This document shows positions 18,885-27,914 of a stretch of 64,000 nucleotides of DNA, piece after piece. Location: positions 84,317 through 148,316 of the forward strand of contig JBKHKA010000001.1 of the NCBI GenBank assembly GCA_046537845.1, read 5' to 3'. Below the pieces are notes generated by a model. The model was not told where the DNA came from, made no database searches, and saw only the letters and a list, made by a program, of their open reading frames with translations. Both the position numbers and the translations under genes were made by a program. This DNA comes from Candidatus Aenigmatarchaeota archaeon. GTDB lineage: Archaea > Thermoplasmatota > Thermoplasmata > Halarchaeoplasmatales > Halarchaeoplasmataceae. The first letter of the stretch is position 1; the number at the start of each line of letters is the position of its first letter.

Positions 18885-20108
18885 TTACAGCTCTACTTCT
18901 TCTCCTTCTTCCGGCGTGTAAACCTCGAACTCTGAAAGGTCTTCCGCTAACTCATCTCTCTTGTCACCGTGGCAGAGGATTATGTTCTCAGGGTCACAAC
19001 CTTTGGCGAACTCGACTAGTTCATCATGGCCAGCATGGGCCGAGAAATCGTATTTCTCCACATAACATTCCACCGGTAGAGTGGCTCCTTTATCTCGGAT
19101 CATTCCGTTCTCCAGCAATCTCCTGCCATTGGTACCTTCGACCTGATAACCGGTCAACAGTATAGAACTATCCGGATCCTTTCGTATATCTCTAAGGTAT
19201 TCAAGTACTGGTCCTCCTTCTACCATACCGCTGGTGGTGACTATCACCTCGGCATCCTTTGCCCTTTCTCTAGTCGAGGGGGATCTCACCTCGTTCGCAT
19301 GGTCGATGGCCCTTTTCAACGCCTTCGGGGACCTCAGAAAACCTCCGTGATTCAGATATATCCTGCTCACGGTCCTTCCCATACCGTCAAACCACACGTC
19401 GTAATCTCTATCATCCAACAGCATCAATATCTCCTGCGTTCTACCCACTGCAAAAACGGGTACCACCACCTGTCCTCCTGCTTTCAGAGTCTCGTCTATC
19501 TTGTCCAAAAATCTCTTCTCCGTCTCTTTTCTATCATCGTGATTTTCTCCACCATAGGTCGATTCTATGACGAGATTGTCGCACTCGACTGGATGAGTAC
19601 CCCATATCAAACGGGTATTCTTTGTATTTATATCTCCCGTGAAAAGGGTGGTTTCATCTCCTTTGAGTTCGAACATGCTCGAGCCGGGTATATGGCCGGC
19701 TGAATGTATCTCTATCTCCATACCGCCTATGTCCCTTTTCGAATTGTAACCTACGATATCAAAAGCCGCCTTGGTATTTTTGATATCTATCTTCTCAAAG
19801 TGTTTTGGATAACCTTCGATATCAGCTATCTTCAGACTATCATAAAGGAGCAGTTCGGCCACTTCTACAGTAGGGTGGGTCGAAAGAACCGGGATGTCGT
19901 TCTGCCTTACAAGAGAGGGCATCATCCCGCAGTGATCCAGATGAGAGTGACTCAAGAAAGCCATATCTACTAAAGGAGACCTCATAGGATATTCTGGAGG
20001 ATCGGCAGGTAACATCCCGTGGTCGAATATCAACGAGAAATCATCATAGTGCATGACCAATGAAAGTGGTCCGACCTTCGAGGCGCTGCCGAGAAAATTC
20101 AACTTCAT
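18885..20108 (-). CDS. Metallo-beta-lactamase / beta-CASP ribonuclease (aCPSF2-like)
   Basis: 407 aa. HSHLDHCG (HxHxDH), ..HSAGHIPGS.., ESTYG, beta-CASP segment and C-terminal ..FSAHAGH...LCHGD. Confidence 0.75.
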   Translation of the reverse strand: MKLNFLGSASKVGPLSLVMHYDDFSLIFDHGMLPADPPEYPMRSPLVDMAFLSHSHLDHCGMMPSLVRQNDIPVLSTHPTVEVAELLLYDSLKIADIEGYPKHFEKIDIKNTKAAFDIVGYNSKRDIGGMEIEIHSAGHIPGSSMFELKGDETTLFTGDINTKNTRLIWGTHPVECDNLVIESTYGGENHDDRKETEKRFLDKIDETLKAGGQVVVPVFAVGRTQEILMLLDDRDYDVWFDGMGRTVSRIYLNHGGFLRSPKALKRAIDHANEVRSPSTRERAKDAEVIVTTSGMVEGGPVLEYLRDIRKDPDSSILLTGYQVEGTNGRRLLENGMIRDKGATLPVECYVEKYDFSAHAGHDELVEFAKGCDPENIILCHGDKRDELAEDLSEFEVYTPEEGEEVEL

Positions 20109-20213
20109 ATATTATCACTTCACGCCGAAAAGATGGGTAGGTATTATAAAGGATTTGCCTTCGGTCGATGAGGTCTGATAAAAAAGAATTAATAGGTAGA
20201 AATCGATTGTCTA

Positions 20214-21719
20214 ATGATAGGGATGCGCGATCAGATAGTCAGAAAACTCGCGAGAAAAAACACGCTGATCACACCGGATGCGTGGGAATATCTTGAGGGA
20301 TTGGATGAACAACAAAAGGCCTTATCTATAATAGAGAGGTTAGAAGAGGAGAACGAGGACCTTCCTTTCCCCGTGTGCAAGGAGAATATCTCTTGTTTGG
20401 TCGAGGACGTTTTAGAGAAAGAAAAAAAAGGAGAACTGGAAAAAAGAGAAAATGAAGAAGAGGAAAGAAAAAGCGAAAAAAAATCCTCGGAGATGGACCG
20501 CGACCCCATGGCGGACCTGAGGGTACTGAAGGACATATCTGGGGAATCCACCTGCACTGGCTGTATAGATGATTTTAAAACATATTTTCAGGACCGATTC
20601 GAAAGGATAAAATCTATAGTGAAAAAAAGAAGAGATGGGAGAAAGGCACGGCCGATAAAACGGATAGCTAACAGAGCAGGAGATGGAACGATCATAGCGA
20701 TGGTGAGAGATATATACACTTCTTCCAACGGCAACAAGATGCTGACACTCGAAGACGATTCCGGAGAGATACGTGGTTTTATCTCCAACGACAGCGAAGC
20801 CTTTGAAAAAGACCTGCTGGAGGATGAAGTGATACTGGCGAAGGGAGAGGTATGGGAAAACAACGGGAACTTCGAAGATACTTTCGCCATCGAGGAGATA
20901 ACTAGACCGGACATACCACGATTGAACAAGGAATCAAGGATTGAATTTTCGGGGAAGATAGCTTTTCTAGGCGATATACACGTTGGTAGTGATACTTTCC
21001 TGAAGAACGAATGGGATGATTTCATATCGTGGATAAATTCGGACGACGAAGAAGCTGAGGCGATAAGGTTCTTGGTGATCCCTGGAGATCTGATAGACGG
21101 GATAGGCATATTTCCTGACCAAGAAAAAGAGCTGGAGATAATAGATATATACGAACAGTACAGGAAACTGGCGGATATGCTTCAAGACTTACCCGAAGAT
21201 ATCACCGTGATCACCATACCAGGGAACCACGATATCGTGAGGAACGCTGAGCCCCAGCCGTGCCTGCCCGAGGATGTGCAGGAGATGTTCCCTGACAATG
21301 TGCTCTTCTTCGGAAACCCTTCCTTGGTCGATCTCGACGGACTGAAGATGTTGATGTACCACGGGAGCAGCATAAACGACCTTTCCGACATGCTGCCCCA
21401 GGTCAGCAGTGAAAAACCCATAACTGCGATGAGAGAGATGTTGAAGAGGAGACACTTGGTCCCGGTCTATGGGAAAAAGACCTCCATAGCCCCGGAAGAG
21501 AAAGACCATCTCGTTATAGACGAGGTGCCCGACATCTTCATCACGGGTCACATCCATAGGACGGAAGTTGAAACCCATCACGGCGTGTTGATGGTCAACG
21601 CCTCCACTTGGCAGGCACAGACTGAATACCAGAAGATGAGAGATATACAACCTGATCCTGCTAAAGTCATCGTATTAGACCCTGAGACCAATAAAGCATC
21701 CATACGTGATTTCAGTTGA
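20214..21719 (+). CDS. polD1: DNA polymerase II (PolD) small subunit DP1
   Basis: 501 aa. OB-fold region plus calcineurin-like phosphoesterase motifs FLGDIHVGS, VIPGDLIDG, PGNHD, ITGHIH. Acidic/basic low-complexity insert near the N-terminus. Confidence 0.9.
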   Translation: MIGMRDQIVRKLARKNTLITPDAWEYLEGLDEQQKALSIIERLEEENEDLPFPVCKENISCLVEDVLEKEKKGELEKRENEEEERKSEKKSSEMDRDPMADLRVLKDISGESTCTGCIDDFKTYFQDRFERIKSIVKKRRDGRKARPIKRIANRAGDGTIIAMVRDIYTSSNGNKMLTLEDDSGEIRGFISNDSEAFEKDLLEDEVILAKGEVWENNGNFEDTFAIEEITRPDIPRLNKESRIEFSGKIAFLGDIHVGSDTFLKNEWDDFISWINSDDEEAEAIRFLVIPGDLIDGIGIFPDQEKELEIIDIYEQYRKLADMLQDLPEDITVITIPGNHDIVRNAEPQPCLPEDVQEMFPDNVLFFGNPSLVDLDGLKMLMYHGSSINDLSDMLPQVSSEKPITAMREMLKRRHLVPVYGKKTSIAPEEKDHLVIDEVPDIFITGHIHRTEVETHHGVLMVNASTWQAQTEYQKMRDIQPDPAKVIVLDPETNKASIRDFS

Positions 21720-22378
21720 TAGAAGAGTATGAAGAGCTCTGGAAAGTGGTCGAAAAAGAACTGTCTAGCTCCTCTCACGGTGTGAGCCATACTCGGAGAG
21801 TCTACCGTCTGTGTCAAAAATTGGCAGATGAAAGTACTGATGAAGAGGTGCTTTTAACAGCAGCGATCCTCCATGACATCGCCAGAGAGGAGGAAAATAA
21901 CGACGATATCGGCATTACAGACCACGCGCTGCTCGGGGCGGAGAAGGCCGAGAACATACTGGAAAAGATGGGATATGATGATCGAACGATCGAAGAAGTT
22001 AAGCACTGTATAGTCACCCATCGATTCCGTTCTGAAGAAGAGCCGGAAACCAAGGAGGCAAAGATACTTTCAGATGCGGACAAACTAGATGCTGTAGGTG
22101 CTGTGGGCATAGCAAGGATGTTCATGCTCGCTGGAGAGTTCAAAGAGCAGCTGTATCATGAGGTGCCCCTCGAAGAGTATGTTGAAGAGAACGTGACTAA
22201 AGAAGGCAGAGTGAGAGACATATCAGAACATGCACCTAACCTAGAATACGAACTGAAGTTGAAACAGATACCTGAAAAATTGTGCACCGAGGAAGCAAAG
22301 AATATAGCAGAACGCAGGATGAAATATATGGAATTCTACTTTTCTAGGTTGAAAAAAGAGATAGATGGAAAAAGATAA
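21716..22378 (+). CDS. HD-domain metal-dependent phosphohydrolase
   Basis: 220 aa. ..HGVSHTRRVY.. and AILHDIAR (HD motif), ..DADKLDAVGAVG... Start overlaps the DP1 stop by 4 nt. Confidence 0.8.
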   Translation: MIEEYEELWKVVEKELSSSSHGVSHTRRVYRLCQKLADESTDEEVLLTAAILHDIAREEENNDDIGITDHALLGAEKAENILEKMGYDDRTIEEVKHCIVTHRFRSEEEPETKEAKILSDADKLDAVGAVGIARMFMLAGEFKEQLYHEVPLEEYVEENVTKEGRVRDISEHAPNLEYELKLKQIPEKLCTEEAKNIAERRMKYMEFYFSRLKKEIDGKR

Positions 22379-22411
22379 GGTTTAATGGTGTTTGATCGAG
22401 TCGGGCCCCGA

Positions 22412-23026
22412 CTAATCCTCCGGAGGTGGTGGTGAATCAGATGGTGGTGAAGGAGGTTGCTGCTGTTCTTGCTGCTGCTGTTCGGGTGGTGGTCCAGAAG
22501 GCTGTGGAGGGCTCACCGGAGTCTTGTAGTCCCCGCAGTTATCACAGTACCAGTTGTCGTACTGTGGCACATATCGAAGGGACGCCTGACAGGTCGGACA
22601 TACATTCGTCTGGGTGTTGGCCTCGTCCAGCTTCATATAACCCAATAATACCAGCAAACCAGAGATCACCAAACCGAATATGAACCCGAGTATCATATAA
22701 ACGATCATAGTAGTGTCATCTATCTGTCCAACTTTTCCCTGATCGATGGGTTTGATCAGATCATCTACAAGTTTACCCTTGAGTATGAGCGCCACCACAG
22801 CAAATACTATCCTGATGATACCGTTGAACATACTCCAAAGGGAATAACTCGCATCTAGGAAGATGATACTCCACAGGACACCACTCATTATGGAGAAAAA
22901 ACCCCACAGGAAGTATATCAAAGCCGCCACTAGAAAGAATATAGCAGCGTATTTGAACATCTCCCTGCCCTCCTTTATCTTAGGAGGTAAGGAGGGATTA
23001 TCATTGGGGATCGAAAGGAGATCCAT
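22412..23026 (-). CDS. Small membrane protein with C-terminal zinc ribbon and Pro/Gln-rich tail (uncharacterised)
   Basis: 204 aa. ~4 hydrophobic helices, then CPTCQASLRYVPQYDNWYCDNCGDY (CxxC..CxxC), then PPQPSGPPPEQQQQEQQQPPSPPSDSPPPPED. Lies 30 nt downstream of, and co-oriented with, the 982-aa surface protein gene. Confidence 0.6.
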   Translation of the reverse strand: MDLLSIPNDNPSLPPKIKEGREMFKYAAIFFLVAALIYFLWGFFSIMSGVLWSIIFLDASYSLWSMFNGIIRIVFAVVALILKGKLVDDLIKPIDQGKVGQIDDTTMIVYMILGFIFGLVISGLLVLLGYMKLDEANTQTNVCPTCQASLRYVPQYDNWYCDNCGDYKTPVSPPQPSGPPPEQQQQEQQQPPSPPSDSPPPPED

Positions 23027-23056
23027 GTTTTATTCTTCTCCTGGTGTTTTTAATTT

Positions 23057-26005
23057 TTAATCCTCCTCAGGAGGAAGCGTCGTGGTTTCCTCAGAAGGCT
23101 CTTCCGGCGTCTCTTCAAACGGTTCTTCAGGTGATTCTTCAGGTGGCTGCTCCTCCGGGGGTGGTGTTTGCTGCTGTTGCTGGGGAGGCGGGGTCTGCTC
23201 TTCCTCCTCTTCATCGCCGCCCAACATCTTGATCACTACCACTATGATTATGATTATGATAACTATCGGTATTATGATAGCGAGCGCCAGGCACATCATG
23301 CCTCTAGCGAACAGATCTCCTATGAACCCTTCAGCATCTATTACCTCGAAGGAGGACTCGTCATCTGTTTCATCCACTGTAACCGTGTAGGTACCTTCTT
23401 CGTCCACCGAATGAGTTACACTAGCGGTTTCAGTTTCTCCGCCATCTACTGTAACGGTATCGGTGCCGACCGGTTCTCCCTCGACATAGAACTCTACAGT
23501 GTAATCACCTGTCTCATCCCCTACATTCGTAACATCGAGCATCAGCTCTATATCTTGACTCTTGTCTATGGTACTAGAGCTGACTCTTAGGTTCGAGAAC
23601 TCGAATTCCGCCGGTGCTGACTCTAAAACCGTGACCGTCACTTGATCATCGGCGTCTTCGCTGGCCACGATGAGGTCGTGATCTCCTGTTTCTTCCGCTG
23701 TCCAGGTGAACGTCTCCTGGGATTCTCCGTCCGCTTCAAGCGTCACTTCCTCTGAATCTTGAACTCCATCAGTACCAGCGATCGTCAATGTTATGGTCTG
23801 AGTACCTTCCGCTTCTCCCGTGTTGGTCACTAAATAGGATATCTCTACATCTTCTTCGACGGTCACCTCTTCGTCGTAATCGACGATCTCGACCTCGAAA
23901 TAGGCGGGCTCGATGTCCAAAACAGTGACCGTGGCTTGTGCATCATCATCATCGCTAGCTACAACGAGATCGTGATCACCCGTACCCTCAGAGGTCCACG
24001 TGAATTCACCCTCATGCTCTTCTCCGACTGAAAGGTTCACATCTTCGCTATCTTCTTCTACATCGTCCACTGTGAATACTATCGTCTGCGTACCCTCTGA
24101 TCCTCCTGTATTGTTTACGTTGTAGGTGACCGTGACGTCATCGCCCTCGGCCACTTCCTCATCGTAATCTACTATCTCAACCGAGAAATTAGCGGGCTCT
24201 GCTTCTTCTACAGTGAAATCAGCGGTCAAATTCTCAGCTTCTGCGGTGTAGTCACCAGCGGCATCAGGGGTGTATATCACCGTTGCGGTTTTAGTTTCAT
24301 CTATTCCAACATCTTCTACCGTGTCTTCGCCAACTGATTCATCATCTACATAAAATTCAACCGTGTAGTCACCCGCTAAAGTCCCGACGTTACTAACGTC
24401 GAGCTTCAGTTCCACTTCTTCGCCTACATGGGCTGGGTCGGGTTCAGCTCTCAAGTTGGAGAAGTCAAATTCCGGTTCCGGCATATCTAAAGTTACGTTG
24501 AAGGTGTAATGACCATCGTTTCCTCCAACTCCGATGAACCAGAAGTCTGCATCGACATCGCTGCCCAACGTATGGCTGTCCTCCTCCATCGAGCCGTCCG
24601 AAGATTGCAGATCAAAAACTTGGTTGCGCTCATAATCCAACAGGACCAACCCCTGCCCATCATTAGATTCCGAGATAAATTCGATCTCTATCACAGAATC
24701 GGGTTCGAGCCACACTTTGTACATATCTTCCTCATCCAGGTCTTGGATGGCACCATTGTATTCCCCTTCCTCGACTTCAAGGGCTTCGCTGAAACTTCCT
24801 GGTGCATCTCCACCGCTGCCTGCGTCGTCCTGTGAAGTCACTTCGATCCCAAAGGTGTACTCTCCATAGGTTCCAAAATCTTCATCTATCTCTATATACC
24901 AGTAATCCGGATCTGTTTCGTTTCTTAGGTAGTAATCGTCTTCTTTCTCTGTACTCGATGATTCCAATCTGAATGCTTCAGTTTCCCTGTCCGGATGCCA
25001 CAATCTGAGCCTGAGGTCTGCAGGGTCATGGGCCGTGAAATTGATATTTATAATAGAATCCGATTCTAAATGGACCTTGTACATGTCTACCTCGTCTAGG
25101 TCTCTGATGATCCCGCTGTGCTCTCCCTCCTCGACTTCGTAGGCATCGCTGAAACTACCCGGTACATCTCCGCCGCTGCCCGCGTCGTCCTGAGAGGTCA
25201 CTTCGATCCCAAAGGTGTACTCTCCATAGGTTCCAATATCTTCATCTATCTCTATATACCAGTAATCCGGATCTGTTTCGTTTCTTAGGTAGTAATCTTT
25301 TTCGGCCTCTGCACCACCCGATGATTCCAATCTGAATGCTTCAGTTTCCCTGTCCGGCTGCCATAATCTGAGCCTGAGGTCTGCAGGGTCATGGGCCGTG
25401 AAATTGATATTCATAATAGAATCCGATTCTAGATGGACCTTGTACGTGTCTACCTCGTCCAGGTCTCTGATGACACCACTGTATTCTCCCTCCTCGACTT
25501 CGTAGGCATCGTTGAAACTACCCGGTGCATCTTGACCACTATCAGCATCGTTCTGTGAGGTCACGCCAACATCAAACGTGTAATTTCCATAGGTTCCAAA
25601 ATCTTCATCTATCTCTATGAACCAGTAATCCGGATCTGTTTCGTTTGCCAGGAAATAAGCATCACTATCCGTCGCACCGTTCGAAGATTCCAACTTGAAT
25701 GCTTCAGTTTCCCTGTCCGGCTGCCACAATCTGAGCCTGAGATCAGCAGGTTCTAGAGCTGTAAAATTCATATATATTATGGAGTCCGATTCCAGATATA
25801 TCTTGTAGAAATCTTCAGGGTTATTAGTTTCATTCACTTCACCATCATATGTACCTGGAGTGATCTCCTCCGCGTCATCGAAACCATCGCCCTGGGCAGA
25901 GACCGGGTTCATACCCACTGCGAAGCTCGAGAACAGCAACATCAATCCTACTGCTAGCATAAATACCTTCTTTTTCTTTCCTATCTTTTCCATATCATTC
26001 ACCAA
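23057..26005 (-). CDS. Large acidic cell-surface protein: signal peptide, 4x PPC-like repeats, 4x CARDB-like repeats, TM anchor, Pro/Glu/Gln-rich tail
   Basis: 982 aa. N-terminal KKKKVFMLAVGLMLLFSSFAVGMNPVSAQG signal. Four ~120-aa repeats (..DFYKIYLESDSI..ADLRLRLWQPDRETEAF..TYGEYTF..) fit the pre-peptidase C-terminal (PPC) pattern. Four ~95-aa repeats (EFDFSNLR..VELKLDVSNVG..GDYTVEFYVD..) fit the CARDB pattern. C-terminal hydrophobic helix ALAIIIPIVIIIIIIVVVI, then the tail ..QTPPPQQQQQTPPPEE..LPPEED. Confidence 0.8.
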   Translation of the reverse strand: MVNDMEKIGKKKKVFMLAVGLMLLFSSFAVGMNPVSAQGDGFDDAEEITPGTYDGEVNETNNPEDFYKIYLESDSIIYMNFTALEPADLRLRLWQPDRETEAFKLESSNGATDSDAYFLANETDPDYWFIEIDEDFGTYGNYTFDVGVTSQNDADSGQDAPGSFNDAYEVEEGEYSGVIRDLDEVDTYKVHLESDSIMNINFTAHDPADLRLRLWQPDRETEAFRLESSGGAEAEKDYYLRNETDPDYWYIEIDEDIGTYGEYTFGIEVTSQDDAGSGGDVPGSFSDAYEVEEGEHSGIIRDLDEVDMYKVHLESDSIININFTAHDPADLRLRLWHPDRETEAFRLESSSTEKEDDYYLRNETDPDYWYIEIDEDFGTYGEYTFGIEVTSQDDAGSGGDAPGSFSEALEVEEGEYNGAIQDLDEEDMYKVWLEPDSVIEIEFISESNDGQGLVLLDYERNQVFDLQSSDGSMEEDSHTLGSDVDADFWFIGVGGNDGHYTFNVTLDMPEPEFDFSNLRAEPDPAHVGEEVELKLDVSNVGTLAGDYTVEFYVDDESVGEDTVEDVGIDETKTATVIYTPDAAGDYTAEAENLTADFTVEEAEPANFSVEIVDYDEEVAEGDDVTVTYNVNNTGGSEGTQTIVFTVDDVEEDSEDVNLSVGEEHEGEFTWTSEGTGDHDLVVASDDDDAQATVTVLDIEPAYFEVEIVDYDEEVTVEEDVEISYLVTNTGEAEGTQTITLTIAGTDGVQDSEEVTLEADGESQETFTWTAEETGDHDLIVASEDADDQVTVTVLESAPAEFEFSNLRVSSSTIDKSQDIELMLDVTNVGDETGDYTVEFYVEGEPVGTDTVTVDGGETETASVTHSVDEEGTYTVTVDETDDESSFEVIDAEGFIGDLFARGMMCLALAIIIPIVIIIIIIVVVIKMLGGDEEEEEQTPPPQQQQQTPPPEEQPPEESPEEPFEETPEEPSEETTTLPPEED
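24478..25920 (-). repeat. Tandem coding repeats, period 360-363 bp, 4 copies (two nearly identical)
   Basis: 24841-24937 and 25201-25297 differ at 1 position in the first 60 nt. The third copy starts at ~25561 (period 363). The fourth copy (24478-24837) has diverged. All lie inside the 982-aa gene (PPC-like modules). Confidence 0.85.
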
Positions 26006-26276
26006 ACAGATAATCCTCCTCGCCTTATTAAGACAAGGGTGTACTTGATAGTGAGAATTAGAATAAAAGCATGATATATATAGGTTTCCCTACCTGGCCT
26101 CTATCTGGCCTGATTTTTGTTGTTTCAGACTTTTTCTTTTTAAAACGATTTGTAAGGTTATGCAAGAACACATATTTCTGAAAACAGTTCTGACCTAGCT
26201 TCATATAGAGTTGGTAAGTTTAAATAATAGTTGCCTTTTCATGCTTTTAATCCGAGCATAAGGGTTGTGAAATGAT

Positions 26277-27914
26277 ATGCCTAAAGGCGTCAACGAAGAA
26301 TTTGAAGAGTTCGAAAAAGAGGTGTTCGATACCTTCATGGAAAGGAATCCCACCATGGCCACTCATTTAGGTATCCATGAGTATGACGATAGATTGCCCG
26401 ATATCTCCAAGGAGAAACATTTAGAAGACATAGAATTGGTAGAAGGGTGGCTTGAAAGACTCGAGGGTTTTGAAGACGATGGATTGACAGAGGAAAACAA
26501 GCTAGCAAAAAGATTGGGGGTCCATATCTTCCAACTGCAGCTCTTCAGGATGAAAGAACTGAAGTTGAGAGAACAGGCGCCTTATGCACCGAACATCATC
26601 GGGTCGGCGATATTCCCCCTGCTCAAGAGAGAGTTCGCACCTCTAGAAGAAAGATTGGAAAGTATAAAAGAGAGGATAAAAGACATACCTGGTGCAACTC
26701 AGGAAGAAAGATCGAGGTTAGACGATCCCGTCAGATTGTGGATCGATATGGCCATAGAATCCGCGGAGCAGCTACCGATGCTGTTCAAGCTGGTTCAGAT
26801 GCTGGTCAGACAGAGCGATTCTTTCGATGAAAAAGAATTCTCCGAGTTCAGCCAAGCGATAAATCAAGCGGATTCCGCTTTGGAAGACTACATAGGCTGG
26901 CTTGAAAGGCAAAAAAAAGATGCTAAAGAAGACTATACCATCGGCAGAGAAAAATTCAAAGAACTTTTGAAGAAGAGAGAATTGGATTATTCTCCAGACA
27001 AGATACTCGATATCGGCGAGGAACTATTGGAAAAGACGGAGAAAGAGATGGAACATCATGCGGAAAAGATAGATCCGGACAACGATGTGGATGAAGTACT
27101 AGAAAAGGTGAAATCCAAAACACCAGAAAACTTCGAAGAGGCTTTAAGATGGTACGAGGAGGGTTTGGAGGATGCGAAGGAGTTCATCGAGGAAAAGGAC
27201 CTAGCGACGATAGTAGAAGACGAGGAGATCGAGGTGACGGAAACTCCCGAGTACATGCGGAACATTATCCCGTTCGCCGCTTACATACCTCCAGCTAAAT
27301 TCGATCCCACGAAGAAAGGGATATATGTGGTGACACCTCCAGAGGAGGAGGAAAGATTGGATAATTACTCATACTGGGACGTGAGGAACACCACAGTACA
27401 TGAAGGATACCCGGGACATCACCTTCAGCTCGCATGTGCCACCACCAACGATGACGTTTTCCGTATATTTTCTCAAGCCGTAGAGACCGTTGAAGGGTGG
27501 GCACATTACTGCGAGGAGATGATGAAAGAGCACGGCTTCGACGATACGCCGGAAGCGTGGCTCATACAGACGAACGACGTGGTTTGGAGGGCCGTAAGGA
27601 TAATAGTCGATGTGAAGCTGAGTACCGGAGAGATGTCTTTTGAAGAAGCGGTAGACTTTTTGGTGGAAAAAGTAGGCATGGATCGAGGTGATGCTGAAAA
27701 GGAAGTGAAGCGCTATACTCAATCCCCCGCATACCAGCTGAGTTACTTATTGGGAAAGGAAATGATCAAAGATCTGAAAGAAGAAGTAAAAGAGAAGATG
27801 GGTGACGATTACAGCGAAAAGTTCTTCCACGATACGATCCTTTATGCTGGAAGCGTTCCGATGAAGTACCTGAGAGAGATCTTCGATAAGAAGATAGAAG
27901 AAGAGACATCATGA
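26277..27914 (+). CDS. DUF885 family protein (putative metallopeptidase-like)
   Basis: 545 aa. HEGYPGHHLQ motif and overall helical layout typical of DUF885. No signal peptide seen. Stop overlaps the start of the next gene (ATGA). Confidence 0.7.
   Translation: MPKGVNEEFEEFEKEVFDTFMERNPTMATHLGIHEYDDRLPDISKEKHLEDIELVEGWLERLEGFEDDGLTEENKLAKRLGVHIFQLQLFRMKELKLREQAPYAPNIIGSAIFPLLKREFAPLEERLESIKERIKDIPGATQEERSRLDDPVRLWIDMAIESAEQLPMLFKLVQMLVRQSDSFDEKEFSEFSQAINQADSALEDYIGWLERQKKDAKEDYTIGREKFKELLKKRELDYSPDKILDIGEELLEKTEKEMEHHAEKIDPDNDVDEVLEKVKSKTPENFEEALRWYEEGLEDAKEFIEEKDLATIVEDEEIEVTETPEYMRNIIPFAAYIPPAKFDPTKKGIYVVTPPEEEERLDNYSYWDVRNTTVHEGYPGHHLQLACATTNDDVFRIFSQAVETVEGWAHYCEEMMKEHGFDDTPEAWLIQTNDVVWRAVRIIVDVKLSTGEMSFEEAVDFLVEKVGMDRGDAEKEVKRYTQSPAYQLSYLLGKEMIKDLKEEVKEKMGDDYSEKFFHDTILYAGSVPMKYLREIFDKKIEEETS

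Noticed and set aside
20125-20235. Possible C/D-box sRNA (GATGAG..CTGA..AATGATA..)
   Set aside because: Box spacing is wrong: the C-like and D'-like boxes are only 2 nt apart. There is no terminal stem and no proper D box, and the region overlaps the DP1 start.
20231-21817. Minus-strand ORFs (72-173 aa) inside the DP1 gene and the start of the HD gene
   Set aside because: They are antisense to well-supported genes, with Ser-rich low-complexity translations.
24478-25920. CRISPR-like or satellite repeat
   Set aside because: The period is 360-363 bp and the repeats are in frame, encoding protein modules. They are not short repeats with spacers. I saw no CRISPR-type repeat structure anywhere in the window.
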